DNA of 62,447 nt, filler included, from Candidatus Omnitrophota bacterium (GCA_043812495.1; 8 parts of 7 records of this genome joined end to end with filler, not necessarily neighbours in it), one strand, 5' to 3'; counted from the whole stretch's first letter, positions 1 through 12,000 are shown. Made by a program: numbers and translations. Notes: generated by a model not told the origin, from the letters alone.

Positions 1-27
1 GTTGACTGAACATTTTTGTTTTCGCAT
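1..27 (-). CDS. 5' end of a gene running off the window (MRKQKCSVN...)
   Basis: Minus-strand AAGGAG, 6-nt spacer, ATG at 27; only 9 codons visible. Confidence 0.5.
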
Positions 28-158
28 GGCTGACTCCTTGAGTTCATCGGTTTAGCTTTATTGCTACCAATTATCTCATGGCTCATTCCATGCTTAAATC
101 TTAAATATGACTTTTTTTGCTCAAACGCGAAAGTCCTATAATTATTCAAATTATGTGC

Positions 159-267
159 TTATTGGTCTTTTCCTTATTAATGGAACAGTCAATAATATTT
201 TCTCTATACGAGAAAGAAGACCTAATATTGACTTCCACCGTTCCTTTAATAAAGAGAAAGTCAATAA
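159..267. repeat. ~109-bp AT-rich imperfect-palindrome element, copy 1 of 4
   Basis: Near-identical to 47660-47768 and to the reverse complements at 49390-49498 and 62211-62307. Confidence 0.9.
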
Positions 268-510
268 ATGGAGAGGGTATGACGCAGAAGATGGCTGCTT
301 TGTTGCCTGCTCGTACCGAATTGACGGAGGGCGGTGGTCATCGCCGTCTTCAAATCGCAGTTTGTAAATAAGAACACTTGGGCTTCAGAAAGGAACCATT
401 TATTTGAAGTTAGGGCTGTTGAAAGCAATAACCAAGTATCTTCGGTCAAGAGCACAGCACTAAAGATATATAGGTAGGTTTACTATCTAAGAAGCCCTCT
501 TCTTAGATTA

Positions 511-700
511 GGCGCCCGCCATTGAATCATTGGCGGGCGCTTCTTTTAATGACCGCATCACTTACGGAACGAGCGAGCGTCCGTCAAATTGCCATGGGCA
601 ATTTGACGAGATCTCGCCAATCTGCCAAAGGCAGATTGGCGGAAGTGACGTAAGTGATATGCGGGAATTAACCAAGCCCGCCAATGATTCAATGGCGGGC
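511..700. repeat. Cluster of REP-like palindromes (GCCCGCCA..TGGCGGGC x2) around a reverse-oriented AATTC..TCAT hairpin element
   Basis: Hairpins at 513-540 and 676-700; CACTTACG..CGTAAGTG stem 549-669; the same motifs recur at 39518 and 61958. Confidence 0.75.
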
Positions 701-921
701 TGGGATCCACGTTCATCCAATACAACATGGCATAATGTCTTTTGGCCTATGTAGTTACATACCTGTCATACTCTAACCCGGACAGTAACGTTTAATCTTT
801 TAAACAATGGAACAATCCGTCTGCTTAATGGTATTTGTTATTCAAAATGAATGCATTTGTAACCTACTGAAATAGAATAGGTAATGGCTCTATCAAAATA
901 TATATGCAATTTTCTATTGTT

Positions 922-938
922 TTGGTATAATAATTGCT
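922..938 (+). promoter_or_regulatory. Putative sigma54 (-24/-12) promoter
   Basis: TTGGTATAATAATTGCT has GG-N10-GC spacing, upstream of a PEP-CTERM-type EPS operon. Confidence 0.55.
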
Positions 939-1011
939 CTTATTAACATCACAACATTAATTTTGTTAAATTACTCTGTCATTACTTATTTAATTTTAAA
1001 GGAGGATGGAC

Positions 1012-1200
1012 ATGGTCCAAAAGAGGCTTACGATCACAGAGGTGGCTTCCCTTGTCGGGGTTAGCGCCAAGACGATCGCCCGCTGGGAAAAAGTCGGTAA
1101 AGTGAGAAGGCCCAAACGTGACTGGCGAGGCTGGCGAGTCTATGACGAGAATGATGTGACCCATATCAAGGAATTTCACGAAGCCGTTTTTGAAATATAA
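1012..1200 (+). CDS. Small MerR-family HTH DNA-binding protein
   Basis: LTITEVASLVGVSAKTIARWEK..PKRDWRGWRVY; GGAGG SD at 1001-1005 fits ATG 1012. Confidence 0.85.
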   Translation: MVQKRLTITEVASLVGVSAKTIARWEKVGKVRRPKRDWRGWRVYDENDVTHIKEFHEAVFEI

Positions 1201-1220
1201 ACAAAAAGGAGTGATCCATT

Positions 1221-2012
1221 ATGAAAAGACTATTAAAAAGAAGCATGGGCTTTGGCGCGGGGGGACTGGTGATGCTTTTGTTTTCTGCTGGCATTTGCCA
1301 TGGGCAGGGTGCTCTAGGGATTATTGCCGCGGAAACATCGACTGATTTACCCCTCAAAGGCGTTCAGACAGAATCCCTGATCCAAGAGCAAGATTTGCCT
1401 AACACGGAAATGCCTTTAGGAGATTCAAGCAAATATACTCTTGGTATTAACGATGTCATAAAAATTGACGTGCTGCGTCATCCTGAGGTCAGCGGAGAAT
1501 ACATCATTAATAACGAAGGAAAGATTCAATATGAATTTGTAGGTGACGTGAAAATCATCGGACTTACGAAAGATGAGGTCAGCGATAACTTGATTGAACT
1601 TTTATCAAAGTACGTTATTGACCCGGAAGTGACCGTTAAAATAACCGGGTATAACAGCAAAGTCGTTTATGTGATTGGTGAAGTTGGCAATCCTGGAAAA
1701 ATTTATATGCGCGGAGATACCATCACCGTGCGTGAAGCCCTTGTTCAGGCCGGACTGCCCACCCTGGGAGCTTCAACGCGCAAATGCCGCTTGATCACAC
1801 CGGCAGACAAAGGAAACGCCCAAACAAAATATGTCAATGTCTTCAGCCTTATTTATGAAGGGGACTTGAGAGAGAATATAGTGATGAAACCCGGGGATAC
1901 GCTTTATATTCCCGCCACGATCATGACAAAAGCCATGCGTGTCATCGCGCCGATCGCTCAACCTGTGACCACGGCAGCCGGGGCGGGATCAACCGTAATG
2001 ACGGGATTTTAA
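1221..2012 (+). CDS. Polysaccharide biosynthesis/export protein (Wza-like, Poly_export + SLBB)
   Basis: YTLGINDVIKIDV..VYVIGEVGNPG..EALVQAG..MKPGDTLYIP. Confidence 0.9.
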   Translation: MKRLLKRSMGFGAGGLVMLLFSAGICHGQGALGIIAAETSTDLPLKGVQTESLIQEQDLPNTEMPLGDSSKYTLGINDVIKIDVLRHPEVSGEYIINNEGKIQYEFVGDVKIIGLTKDEVSDNLIELLSKYVIDPEVTVKITGYNSKVVYVIGEVGNPGKIYMRGDTITVREALVQAGLPTLGASTRKCRLITPADKGNAQTKYVNVFSLIYEGDLRENIVMKPGDTLYIPATIMTKAMRVIAPIAQPVTTAAGAGSTVMTGF

Positions 2013-2056
2013 AAAACCGAAATGATGTTGAAATATTATAATTTTATTTGCTTGAT

Positions 2057-2154
2057 CCCCGCTTCTTGCTTTCGCAAGAAAGCAGCGGGGTTAATTCGGT
2101 CATGCACTTATGTTCTGCCGACATACCGTCGGCATCCATAAGTTCAGACCTCAT
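2057..2154 (+). repeat. Hairpin-TAATTC-hairpin-TCAT element
   Basis: CCCCGC..GCGGGG, TTAATTC, ACTTATG..CATAAGT stem, TCAT, directly before the next RBS. Confidence 0.7.
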
Positions 2155-2175
2155 TAAAGAGAAAGGAACTCCAAG

Positions 2176-3477
2176 ATGGAAGAAATCAGCGTTGGCGGAA
2201 TATCCCCCATCGAGTATTTAAGAATATTATTTAGACGCAAATGGATCATTATTATTCCGACCTTCATAGGTTTGGTTTGCGGAATATGCTCCGGCATGTT
2301 AATGCCTAAGAAATACCAATCCAACACGGTTATTCTCGTAGAAGAAGGAAAATCAGACAATCCCCTTTTCAATAATATCGCTATTTCAACGAATGTCGGC
2401 CAGCGCATCGCCACGATTAAAGAATCCATGCTGGGATGGAACAGTCTTGTCAAGCTGGTCAAAAGACTCAATCTCGATCAAGATGTCAAAAACAGCTACG
2501 AGTACGAAAAACTCATTCTTAACCTAAGAAGAAATACGCATATAAGCCTCAAAGGACCCAATATCATCGACCTGACCCATGTGGGGGCTGACCCGCAAGT
2601 GACTCAGGACATTGTTAAGAATATTACAGAAATATTTATTGAGCGCAATGTGGAAGCGCAGAATCAAGAGACATCCGATGCCATCAAATTCATCGAAGAG
2701 CAGCTCAAAGTCTATAGCGGGAAAATCAAGTCCGCTGAAATTGCCGAACTTCAAGATAAACTCAACGCATTGCTTGTCGATTCCACAGACGAACATCCTC
2801 TCGTCAAGAAAATACGCGGACAGATCAAGTCCAAACAGGAAGAGCTCAAAAAAGAAGGATTGGAGTACCGCGAAGACGTTGTCCTCAACAAAGAGACCAC
2901 TAACCCAATCGTTGATGATATTCGAAAGGCCCTGGATGGGCTGCAGAGCAAAGTCAAGGCCGGTTCGCAGGGCACAAGCGAACGTTCAGGAAATCTTGAC
3001 GATGATATTTATAAACTTATGCTGATTGAGAAAATGGATGATGTGATGGCGCGCGATATCCGGGTCAATGAACAAATCTACAATATGCTCTTGCAGAGAC
3101 TCGAAACGGCCAAAATCACAGAACGGCTTCAGTCCTCCAAAGAAGGAACGCGCTATACGATTCTCGATCCGCCCCGGCTCCCCTTGAAACCATTCAAACC
3201 AAACAAGCCGCTCATCGCGATGGTCGGATTATTTTTAGGATGCATGGCGGGGATCGGCTTTGTTTTCTTAAGAGAATTTCTGGATAAATCATTTTTGGAT
3301 GTTCAGGATGCCAAAGAATATTTTGGTCAGCCCTTGCTTGGCGCGATTTCACGCATCGCGACTTCTGAAACGATGACCCAAGAAACGGACCGCACGCGTT
3401 TTATGGTTCTCGTCGTCTGCGCGATCGGCATTACAGCCGTTATCGCCGCGATGTTTATCTCAAATATTATTCATTAA
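2176..3477 (+). CDS. Polysaccharide chain-length determinant (Wzz/GumC/Wzc N-terminal-like)
   Basis: N-terminal YLRILFRRKWIII + TM, coiled coil, HPLV motif, ILDPPRLPLKPFKPN + TM. Confidence 0.9.
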   Translation: MEEISVGGISPIEYLRILFRRKWIIIIPTFIGLVCGICSGMLMPKKYQSNTVILVEEGKSDNPLFNNIAISTNVGQRIATIKESMLGWNSLVKLVKRLNLDQDVKNSYEYEKLILNLRRNTHISLKGPNIIDLTHVGADPQVTQDIVKNITEIFIERNVEAQNQETSDAIKFIEEQLKVYSGKIKSAEIAELQDKLNALLVDSTDEHPLVKKIRGQIKSKQEELKKEGLEYREDVVLNKETTNPIVDDIRKALDGLQSKVKAGSQGTSERSGNLDDDIYKLMLIEKMDDVMARDIRVNEQIYNMLLQRLETAKITERLQSSKEGTRYTILDPPRLPLKPFKPNKPLIAMVGLFLGCMAGIGFVFLREFLDKSFLDVQDAKEYFGQPLLGAISRIATSETMTQETDRTRFMVLVVCAIGITAVIAAMFISNIIH

Positions 3478-3488
3478 AGAGGTCTCGC

Positions 3489-4445
3489 ATGTATACAAAA
3501 TATTATGGTTTTCATGAGCTCCCTTTTACTATGACACCCAATTCCCGTTATTTTTACGCGAGCGCGAGGCATACGGAAGCTCTCAATACCCTGATCTACG
3601 CCATCGAAGAAAGAAAAGGTTTTGTGGTGATTACAGGTGAAATCGGCTCCGGAAAAACAACCGTTTGCAGGACATTGCTCAATCGCCTGGAATCCCAAAC
3701 GCGAACGGCTCTGATTACAAACACGCATATCAGCTCAAAAGACTTACTGATGACGATTTTGGAAGATTTGGAGATTGACTATTCTCCGGGATCAAAAGCA
3801 AAACTTCTTTCCCGGCTGAATCATTATCTGATCGAACAGCTAAAGAATGACGCGAATGTCGTCCTGATCATCGACGAAGCCCAAAACTTAAAACCATCGG
3901 TCTTAGAAGAAGTCAGGATGCTGTCCAATCTCGAGACAGAAACAGAAAAATTGATCCAAATCATTCTCATGGGACAGCCCGAATTGAAGAAAAAATTGGG
4001 ATTAAGCAAACTCGAACAATTTCGGCAGCGCATCGCCGTTTACTATCATATTGAACCCCTCAATGAGCAGGATACAAAGGATTATGTCTTGCACCGCCTG
4101 AAAATCGCCAGCTCCCAGGACAGGAAATATTTTACAGATGAAGCACTTGAATTGGTCTATAAGTTTTCGCAAGGGATCCCCCGGCTGATCAATCAAATAT
4201 GCGACAGCGCACTTTTGACGGGCTATACGCAAGATAAAAAAATCATCAATGACAAAATCATGGTCGAAGTGATCAGCGAATCTCCCATGCTGCAACTGGC
4301 GCCTCATTTTCAAACAAAAATGAAAACAAATGATCCCAAAGATGTCCCTGGTCAGGAAAAGCAAAATTCAGGTCCCGTGAATTTGTCGACCCAACAGCTT
4401 AAAGAGATACTGGAGAAGCCCAACGAAAAGATTTTTACAGAATAG
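3489..4445 (+). CDS. ExeA/GspA-family AAA ATPase
   Basis: MYTKYYGFHELPF, GEIGSGKT Walker A, IIDEAQNL Walker B, GQPEL, GIPRLINQICD. Confidence 0.9.
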   Translation: MYTKYYGFHELPFTMTPNSRYFYASARHTEALNTLIYAIEERKGFVVITGEIGSGKTTVCRTLLNRLESQTRTALITNTHISSKDLLMTILEDLEIDYSPGSKAKLLSRLNHYLIEQLKNDANVVLIIDEAQNLKPSVLEEVRMLSNLETETEKLIQIILMGQPELKKKLGLSKLEQFRQRIAVYYHIEPLNEQDTKDYVLHRLKIASSQDRKYFTDEALELVYKFSQGIPRLINQICDSALLTGYTQDKKIINDKIMVEVISESPMLQLAPHFQTKMKTNDPKDVPGQEKQNSGPVNLSTQQLKEILEKPNEKIFTE

Positions 4446-4457
4446 GAAGGATAATCC

Positions 4458-4955
4458 GTGAGCCGCATTATTGACGCATTAAAGAAAACAAGCAAAAACA
4501 GAACGCAAGAAGAGCAAATCACCGCACACCCAAGCGAAGCCGACCGGAAGAATATTAATTATTTCGGCATCTCTGTTATTCTTTGCCTTTTGCTGATTGG
4601 GGGCTTGTCCATTACGATTGGCACGATCACACTCAATGAAGTCAAGGTTAGCCAGCAATCATCCTTGGTCGCCCTTAAGGAAATCGATAGACAGAAAGAG
4701 AAAATTGAGCAGGTTTCGCAAGCGCTGAGCGCGCAAAAGATGAATGTAGACTCCTCGCTCAAAACAGTACTCGAAAAACTTGAGTTGTTAACAACGCAGA
4801 TGGATAGCGCACACAAAAATTTGCAATCCATGCAGGCAGAGATAGTCGGCCTCGAGAATCAACTAACAGCAACGAGAAGCGAGCGTCAAAGAATCGTCGA
4901 CAAATATCATGAATTAAGATTGGAAATCAACACACTGAAGTCTATCAACAAATAA
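4458..4955 (+). CDS. Membrane-anchored coiled-coil protein with GspB/ExeB-like N-terminus
   Basis: GTG start after GGAAGG; MSRIIDALKK, one TM, heptad region. Confidence 0.75.
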   Translation: MSRIIDALKKTSKNRTQEEQITAHPSEADRKNINYFGISVILCLLLIGGLSITIGTITLNEVKVSQQSSLVALKEIDRQKEKIEQVSQALSAQKMNVDSSLKTVLEKLELLTTQMDSAHKNLQSMQAEIVGLENQLTATRSERQRIVDKYHELRLEINTLKSINK

Positions 4956-4969
4956 GAAAGGATAACTCC

Positions 4970-5755
4970 ATGGGAAAGTTCACCGACGCATTAAAAAAAG
5001 CGACTGAAGAGAGAATGGGCCGGATCGAGCGGATTGCCAAAGTCAAAGAGGCCGAACAGATCGTGATCAGAAAAATGGGAGATTCCAATGTGGATTCACG
5101 GATTATTTCCTATTTTGATGTAAAGTCTCCTGTCACAGAACAATACAAAATCTTAAAAACAAACCTTCTTTCTCTCAATAAGGGAAGACCTCCGAAGACT
5201 GTCGTCATCACAAGCTCAATTCATTCAGAGGGAAAAACAATCACCGCTTTGAATTTAGGGATCACCATGGCGCATGCCATCAACAATCCAAAGATTTTAG
5301 TGATCGACGCGGACCTTAGGCGCGGACGCTTAGCCCGTTATTTAGGGGTTGATCAGAAGATCGGTCTATCCGAAATTCTTCAAGGAAAGGCTCAAGCAGA
5401 GGACGCACTTTTTAAGATTGATATCGATAATTTGACGTTTATGGCTTGCGGGGAAACACCGCATCACCCTGTCGAACTTCTCGGCTCTGACAAGATGAAA
5501 CAGCTTTTAACTCATTTGAAGTCAAAATTTGATTTCATTTTGATCGATACGCCCCCTTTGATTTCCGTTACAGATCCCGGGATACTCGGCGCGGAAAGCG
5601 ATGGGGTGATTTTGGTTGTTCAGGCGGGACGAACGCAGCGCGGCATTGTGCGCCGGGCGATGGAATTACTCCACCAGGCCAAAGCCAATTTGCTGGGGCA
5701 GGTCTTGACGAATGTGGAGTATCATTTGCCGGAGTATATTTATAGGTATTTATAG
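4970..5755 (+). CDS. CpsD/CapB-family bacterial tyrosine kinase
   Basis: SEGKT, IDADLRR, LIDTPP, C-terminal Tyr cluster YHLPEYIYRY. Confidence 0.92.
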   Translation: MGKFTDALKKATEERMGRIERIAKVKEAEQIVIRKMGDSNVDSRIISYFDVKSPVTEQYKILKTNLLSLNKGRPPKTVVITSSIHSEGKTITALNLGITMAHAINNPKILVIDADLRRGRLARYLGVDQKIGLSEILQGKAQAEDALFKIDIDNLTFMACGETPHHPVELLGSDKMKQLLTHLKSKFDFILIDTPPLISVTDPGILGAESDGVILVVQAGRTQRGIVRRAMELLHQAKANLLGQVLTNVEYHLPEYIYRYL

Positions 5756-5905
5756 TTGGCGAGTTGGCCAGTTGACGAGTTAACCAGTTGGCCAGTTGGC
5801 CATTAACGAGTTAGCCAGTTAACGAGTTGACGAGTGAGCCAGTTAGCCAGTTTACCAGTTGAGGAGTTAACCAGTTGGCCAGTTGGCCATTAACGAGTTA
5901 GCAGA
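5756..5905. repeat. Degenerate 8-bp tandem repeat (AGTTGGCC/AGTTAACC/AGTTGACG)
   Basis: About 18 units up to the contig end. Confidence 0.85.
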
Positions 5906-6006
5906 NNNNNNNNNNNNNNNNNNNNNNNNNNNNNNNNNNNNNNNNNNNNTTAATTAATTAANNNNNNNNNNNNNNNNNNNNNNNNNNNNNNNNNNNNNNN
6001 NNNNNA

Positions 6007-9000
6007 AGACAAACTACCGCCTTGCTGTCCTCCGCGAGGGGCTATGTCCTCGGCGACGCCACAGGAAACAACGTGCCCAGCTCCCCATGGGCCCTTCAAA
6101 ACATCGCCCTCAAGAGAGCTGACCTTGCTCCTCATGCCGTCTCAGCCCTTGAACAGGCCTTAATAAAAGGAAACACCGGCGCCCTATGGGCCCTTCAAAA
6201 CATCGCCCTCAAGAGAGCTGACCTTGCTCCTCAGGCCGTCAAAGCTCTTGGGAAAGGCATGGATAAAGGCAGTACAACAAGTTTTGAGGCCATGACCAGG
6301 ATCGCTCAAGAAAAACCTGACCTTGAAGAAGAGCTTCCTTTTGAAACTCAAAAAGCTTTCTTATGGGGAAAGAACAAGCTGCCTGTAGCTTACGGAATTT
6401 ATCAGCAATATAAAGACCAGGATAGTCCCAAAGCTTTTATTGAGGAATTAATACGTGCGTCCCGGGAAACAATTGCCTCACCATTCGATTTCAATAACGA
6501 GGAAGACGTTTTATCCGCATTCATCGGTATCAGAACCGAGGGCATCACCGATGTCGATTTCGACGAATTCAAAGAACGTCTTGGAAAACTTAAGGCATTC
6601 GAACAGGTCCATCCCGGCTACTGGGCCAATCTTTTTAAGAAAAGCGATTATCCCGTTATCCGCCTAGCAAGCCAAGGCAATCCGTTAGATATCAGCCAGG
6701 TTGACGAAGACGTGCTTGCGTTTCATCGCAACCAGCTGTCGGAGATCCAGTCGCACATGAACGATTTGAGCTTGCCCAAAGAGCTTCTGGGCCAAGACTA
6801 TGGTGACTTTATCCAAAGGACTTATGCCTATGTACAAATCCGCAAAGAAAATCCAAAAACTCCGATCAACAGCAAACTCTTGAAACAGCACATTAAGTAT
6901 AAGCTGAAAGACAAGACCGTTTCCGATATCGAAAAAGATATCACACAACTCAAAGACCGTACACTTATCAACCAGGCGATGTTTGCCGTGGCCCGAAGCA
7001 TGAGCCAAAACTTCAGCGCCCAGAACGCCCAGCCTTACAGAAAATTGGCGCGCGATATTATCCTCGCCAATGAATTCTCTGATGATTGGGCACGGCACAT
7101 GGCCGATGACGATCCGCTTACAAAAATAGAAACATTCAATAGCTTCTATGAAGACGCCAAACATCATCTCCCCCTAAGCCTGGGGCTCTCTTTGGATCAA
7201 ATACCCAAGCTCAAAGGGGAATTCGAAATATTTACCAAAGACCTCTTTAATGAAATCAGCAAAGCCGTCATCACCAAAGAACAATCAACGGATGGTTACA
7301 CGCTTACCCCGGCCGGATTCTTAGGTGTCTTTCGAGGCCGCGCGGGCATCATCGATTGCTCGTTTGATGTTGATGACAAAAGCGTTGTTGATGGCAAAGG
7401 CGATGCCTATACACGGGCTCTACATGAAGACACGCGATACTATCTGGTGAAGAAAGGAAGCAGCCTTAAAGGCTATGTCGGTCTCCAGGAAGCTCAAGAT
7501 GATCAGGGAAGAAAAATCCTCGCCATTGACACCATCAATTCTCCGTCTCTCAACAGCTCGGAATTGATCCAAGAACTCTTAGGGAAGCTACAGGGTGTTG
7601 CCCTGACAAAGGGTTTTGAAGGCATTGCCTTGCCGAAAGACTTAGACGCCTCCTTTAACTTTGATAACGATGAAATCGTCAAAGCCTTACCAGAATACCG
7701 CAAAGCATCTTCTGTGACCTTGCGACCCATTCATCAGGAATCCTGGAACAAGCTTACGGGTATGTTCGGGAAAGATAAATATAATTCTATGGAACAGGGT
7801 GCATTTAAGTTAGTGAAAAACATCGCAAGGCCGGGCGCGAACCAACCCGTTGCTACTGTCCGCGCCGACCAGGCCTCTTTGACCCGCGCCGACCAGGCGT
7901 CGCTAAAAGAAGATATAAGTCGAGTAGAAAAAATTGCCAGGGATGCATTATTGGAAAGTTTATATTTAAGTGGTTTTCAATTAAGAACTAACAAAGAAAG
8001 AGGAAGGCTCAAGAGATTTTTTGGTAATCCAGGCCATTCAATTAGAATATCTAGAATGTATCCAGAAAAAGAAGGAAGGCTCCAAAGATCTCGTAGTGGA
8101 TTGTCTGGCCGTATAGAATATATTGTCGATTCAATAAAAGGAATTGAAAACAATCCTCAAATATTATTAGATATGGAAGACGGTAGAACTAGAGTTACAG
8201 CAGCTAGTGATCATTCCTTAGCTGGGGATTATGCCTTTGCGCCTCCAAAAGGTACGATAACAATACCTTTGTTCGCAGCAAGACTTATGTCAGATGGGGA
8301 TATTACTGCAATAGTTGGACACGAATTTAACCATTTGGCTAAACGTCATGCAGGATATAAAAGCATTAGCGATGTCGTCGAAGTGGATGCAGGAAATCAA
8401 CCGGAGAGGCAACTTGAAATTTTTGGGTTGAGCTCTCGTTGGGTTCGATCAATAAGACAAATGGCAAGAGATTTTCTTGATCGGGGGTTCACTCCAGAAG
8501 AAATAAAAGAATTCATTTCTCAAGGCAAAGAACTGGAGGCCGATCTCGATGGATTGAAATTAGCTTTTCGACTTGGATTCGATCCATCTCAAGTCGCAAG
8601 CGAGTATCTTAAGGCATCTAGAATAGCTTATGAGAAAGCAAAAAGTGATGGAACGCTCAAGAAAAGCAGAAGAACAGTTTCTTATCAAACTCACCCTGGC
8701 GATGGAGTAAGAAGAGCTTTTCTTGAGCAAAAGGCATTGGAACTCAAAGCACTGGGAGGAGAATATGCCGGGGATATTATAAAGCGGACTAACTTATGGG
8801 CCTCTATCCTCGCCGACTGGGCATCGCTGACAGAAAGCGTTCAGCCGTCAGCCGCCAGCTCTCAGCCCGACGTCGCCAGCCTTTCATCTGTCAACGGCTC
8901 GGCCGTAATCGCCTCAAGCATGCCTATTGTTGCGGGCACGGCTGATGTTATGGTGCATGCCATCAAAGACGGCGGGCACGCTGTCAGGGTCACGCGAGGC

Positions 9001-12000
9001 GATCCTTTCACGGACGCCGGGACCATTAAACTCTTGGAGCAAGGCGCGAGCGTTATTGCTTTAACAGAAAAGGCCGGGCGGGGGATAGCCCAAAGATTAG
9101 CTTTGGAAGGCGGTCAAGTGGTCGCGCGAGACGAAATCGATTTGTCTAAAATGGAAAGCCTGGAAAAACTTGAGGAAGCCAATGTCATTTTTGTCGGCAA
9201 TCATAAGACTGTCAGAGACCTTGCTCATCTTCCCGCCATAGGTAATGATGTAACAGGCCAAGTGGTTCGACAGCTTCTCATATCATCCATTATAGAGAAC
9301 ATCGACTCGATAAAAGTTGCCAAATCCAAAATCAAGCCCCAGGCGCCGCCTCAAAATGAACAAACCGTAAAAACCAGCCAAAGACCCGCAGATGATCCAA
9401 CAATCTCTATCCGCAACGACTCTGCCTCCCTCACGCGCGACATCTACCGCGAGCTCAGAAGCCAAATCGGCGATGACGTGGAAGTGGATGAAAAAGACTG
9501 GAGAGCAAACAACGCCCGCCGTTATGAACATTATATTGCCCGAAGATTAGGATGGAAAGACAGCATAGGAACATTTAGAGAGACACTTGATGATTTTGGG
9601 TGGAGCTTCAAGGAATTGATCTCGCCCAAGCAAAGACACATCACAGACTCCCTCATCCGCAGCCTTCGAGACAGCAATCTCAGAGACGTTAAAGGCAGCG
9701 CGTTTGAATATAAGCCGGGCCAGATCGCCGCGATTTATGTCGCGGCCAAGGCTCTCATCGAAAAAGACCCGACGGTTGTGGCCAAAGCCATCGGGACCGG
9801 CAAGACCAATATCGCGATGGCCGCTATCCACATTACGTTTGATGTGATTGACCGCGTTTGGTGGCGGCGATTAGCCAGGCAAATACCCGGCCCAATCTCC
9901 AAGTGGTTACAAAAGAGAAACGTTATTGAAATCCATCTTTTGGATAAATTGAAGAGCCAATTCCTCGTTGATCATTTCGGTCAATACCTGCAGAATGATC
10001 CCGATGTGGATGTGCGTGTGCTTGGCGCGCCCGAGGACCCGTTTGGGGACGCCGCCGATGCCGTCAAAAAGGGCGGCCACGCGTTCATGCAGGTCAGAGA
10101 CCAATCTTTGATGGAAGAGCAGGCTATACGCGCGTTGAAAAAAGGCGTTTCCGTTATCGGCATATCGATGGCAGGCGAAAAAGGCATTGCTCAAGAATTA
10201 AGCTTGCAAAATGACCAGGTGGTTGTCGTGGACGAAATCGATTTATCGCAACAGGAAAGCGCGCAACGACGTCTGATCGAGAAGGACAAGGTTGTTTATA
10301 TTATTAGCGAGGAAACGCTCCAAGACCTGGCGGATATTCCGGCGACGCCCGACAATCAGACAGCGAATGTCATCCGGTCGCTGGTCCAATCTTCCATCAA
10401 AATGGACAATGAAAAACATCAATACATTCCCTTAGATGTCTATAAACCTCTTTGGAATAGCGAAAAAGGAAAAAATGGAGAATACGACTTTGTTAAAATA
10501 AATGATGAAGAACTGGCCAACAATCAACATGCAAAATTTGAAGTCCGTTTAGTAGACGAAAAAGCCGTTGCCCACCGCGACCGGGCCAAGAAACACAAGG
10601 GCAAATTCAACAAGTTTAAATTCGCTTTCCACGAAGATCCCAAGAGAATCCGCAATGCCGTTATTGACGACCCGCAAGCTCTGATGAACCAGCCCTCGAG
10701 CGTTATCGCCAAGGGCCAGTCCTATCAAGAGCAGTTGGCCGACATCAAGCGTTTGGTTAAAGAGGAACAAATTGATGAAGAAGCCGCCAAGCAATGGCTT
10801 GATTCGATTCCGCAGTTTGTTGAGAATATTTATGATTATTTGAATCGGGCCAGGGAGCAGGGAATACGCGACCCAAAAGACGGGAAACTGAAAAAAGTTA
10901 AAATCACATGGGCCTGGAGCAACATCATGAAGGCCCAGAATCCGTTTGTCCGCATGATCAAGCTCTCAGATAAGGACACCGAAGACGTTGTTGATCAGCT
11001 CTACGAATTGGCCAAGAATGAGAACGCCGAGTATCTCCAAGAACAAGCCGAAGCCATCAGGGGAAGTTATTTGCAGGAGCACGCGGGAGAACCGGATGTT
11101 GAGGCGAGGGCGCAAGAAAAAGCCGGGAAATGGCTCGAAGGCAAAAAGGGCCTGAGATGGAAGTTTATTGAAAATTTTATCAGAGAAGACGAACGCTACA
11201 ACAAATCTTTCCGGCGCCTGTCCGGCCTCAAGGCCTTTAAGCTTTTTGTGAACGCCTGGGCCCAGACAACCGGCATGGAGCTGGGAAAACATTTTTACTC
11301 GAAGTATCTTTCGAGCGAACCGGAAAGATTCCGCGATGTGAACTACAACGTGACAGGCTCCTGGGGCCAGCAAAACGCGGGCACGCATTACGGCGATCCG
11401 CTTGTCTCGGCCATGCTCGCCGTTAAAAGCGTCCGGTCAGCCCAAGAGAAGATTGCCAGCGACATGGGAGGCTGGGAAAACCTTCAGACCAAAGAAGCTC
11501 AAGAGGAATTCGAGAAAAAAGTCCATGAGCTCATTCCAAACCAGGCACAAGACGTCTTCAATGCCCTTACGAGCAAAGATGTCATGGATATTTCTTATTC
11601 GGATGCCATCAGCGGGAAGGGTTTTATTCCCGGAGATCGCATTGTCGCTTTAACCGGTACCCCTGACCGCGACAAAGCGGCCTACCAGAAAATATTCGGA
11701 AAGAAAAAGCCTATTGTTGTGATTGACAAGAACCGGTTCCTGAATTTGGATAATTCAGAATGGGTGGTTGTCAAGACGCTTGAGGAGGCCCGCGAGCGCG
11801 TTGCCCAATTCATCGACAAAGAGACGCAAGCCGACTATATCCTTTTGAATGTGCGCGGAAGCGAGGACGTCGAGGCCTTATCCGGAGAGATCAAAGGCAA
11901 AAAAGTATTTATGATCACAGGCAAGATCGAAGATGAAAAGAGGGCCCAGGATGTATTGAACGGATTCAAAGACCAGGTCCGCGAGGCCAGAGAAGGCGCT

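Noticed and set aside
159..267. 109-bp element as an integron attC site
   Set aside because: Lacks RYYYAAC/GTTRRRY ends; not arrayed between cassettes; no integrase seen
107..371. ORFs 107-367 and 117-371, and the N-terminal extensions of the 47787 and 49419 ORFs
   Set aside because: They are translations of the 109-bp repeat; better starts with SD are at 47649 and 49500
5756..5905. Possible CRISPR array
   Set aside because: 8-bp period with no unique spacers; no cas genes in the window
5906..6005. N-run with TTAATTAATTAA (7 occurrences) as a biological repeat
   Set aside because: Artificial six-frame-stop contig linker; ORF ends in X..LIN and cross-gap gene neighbourhoods are artefacts
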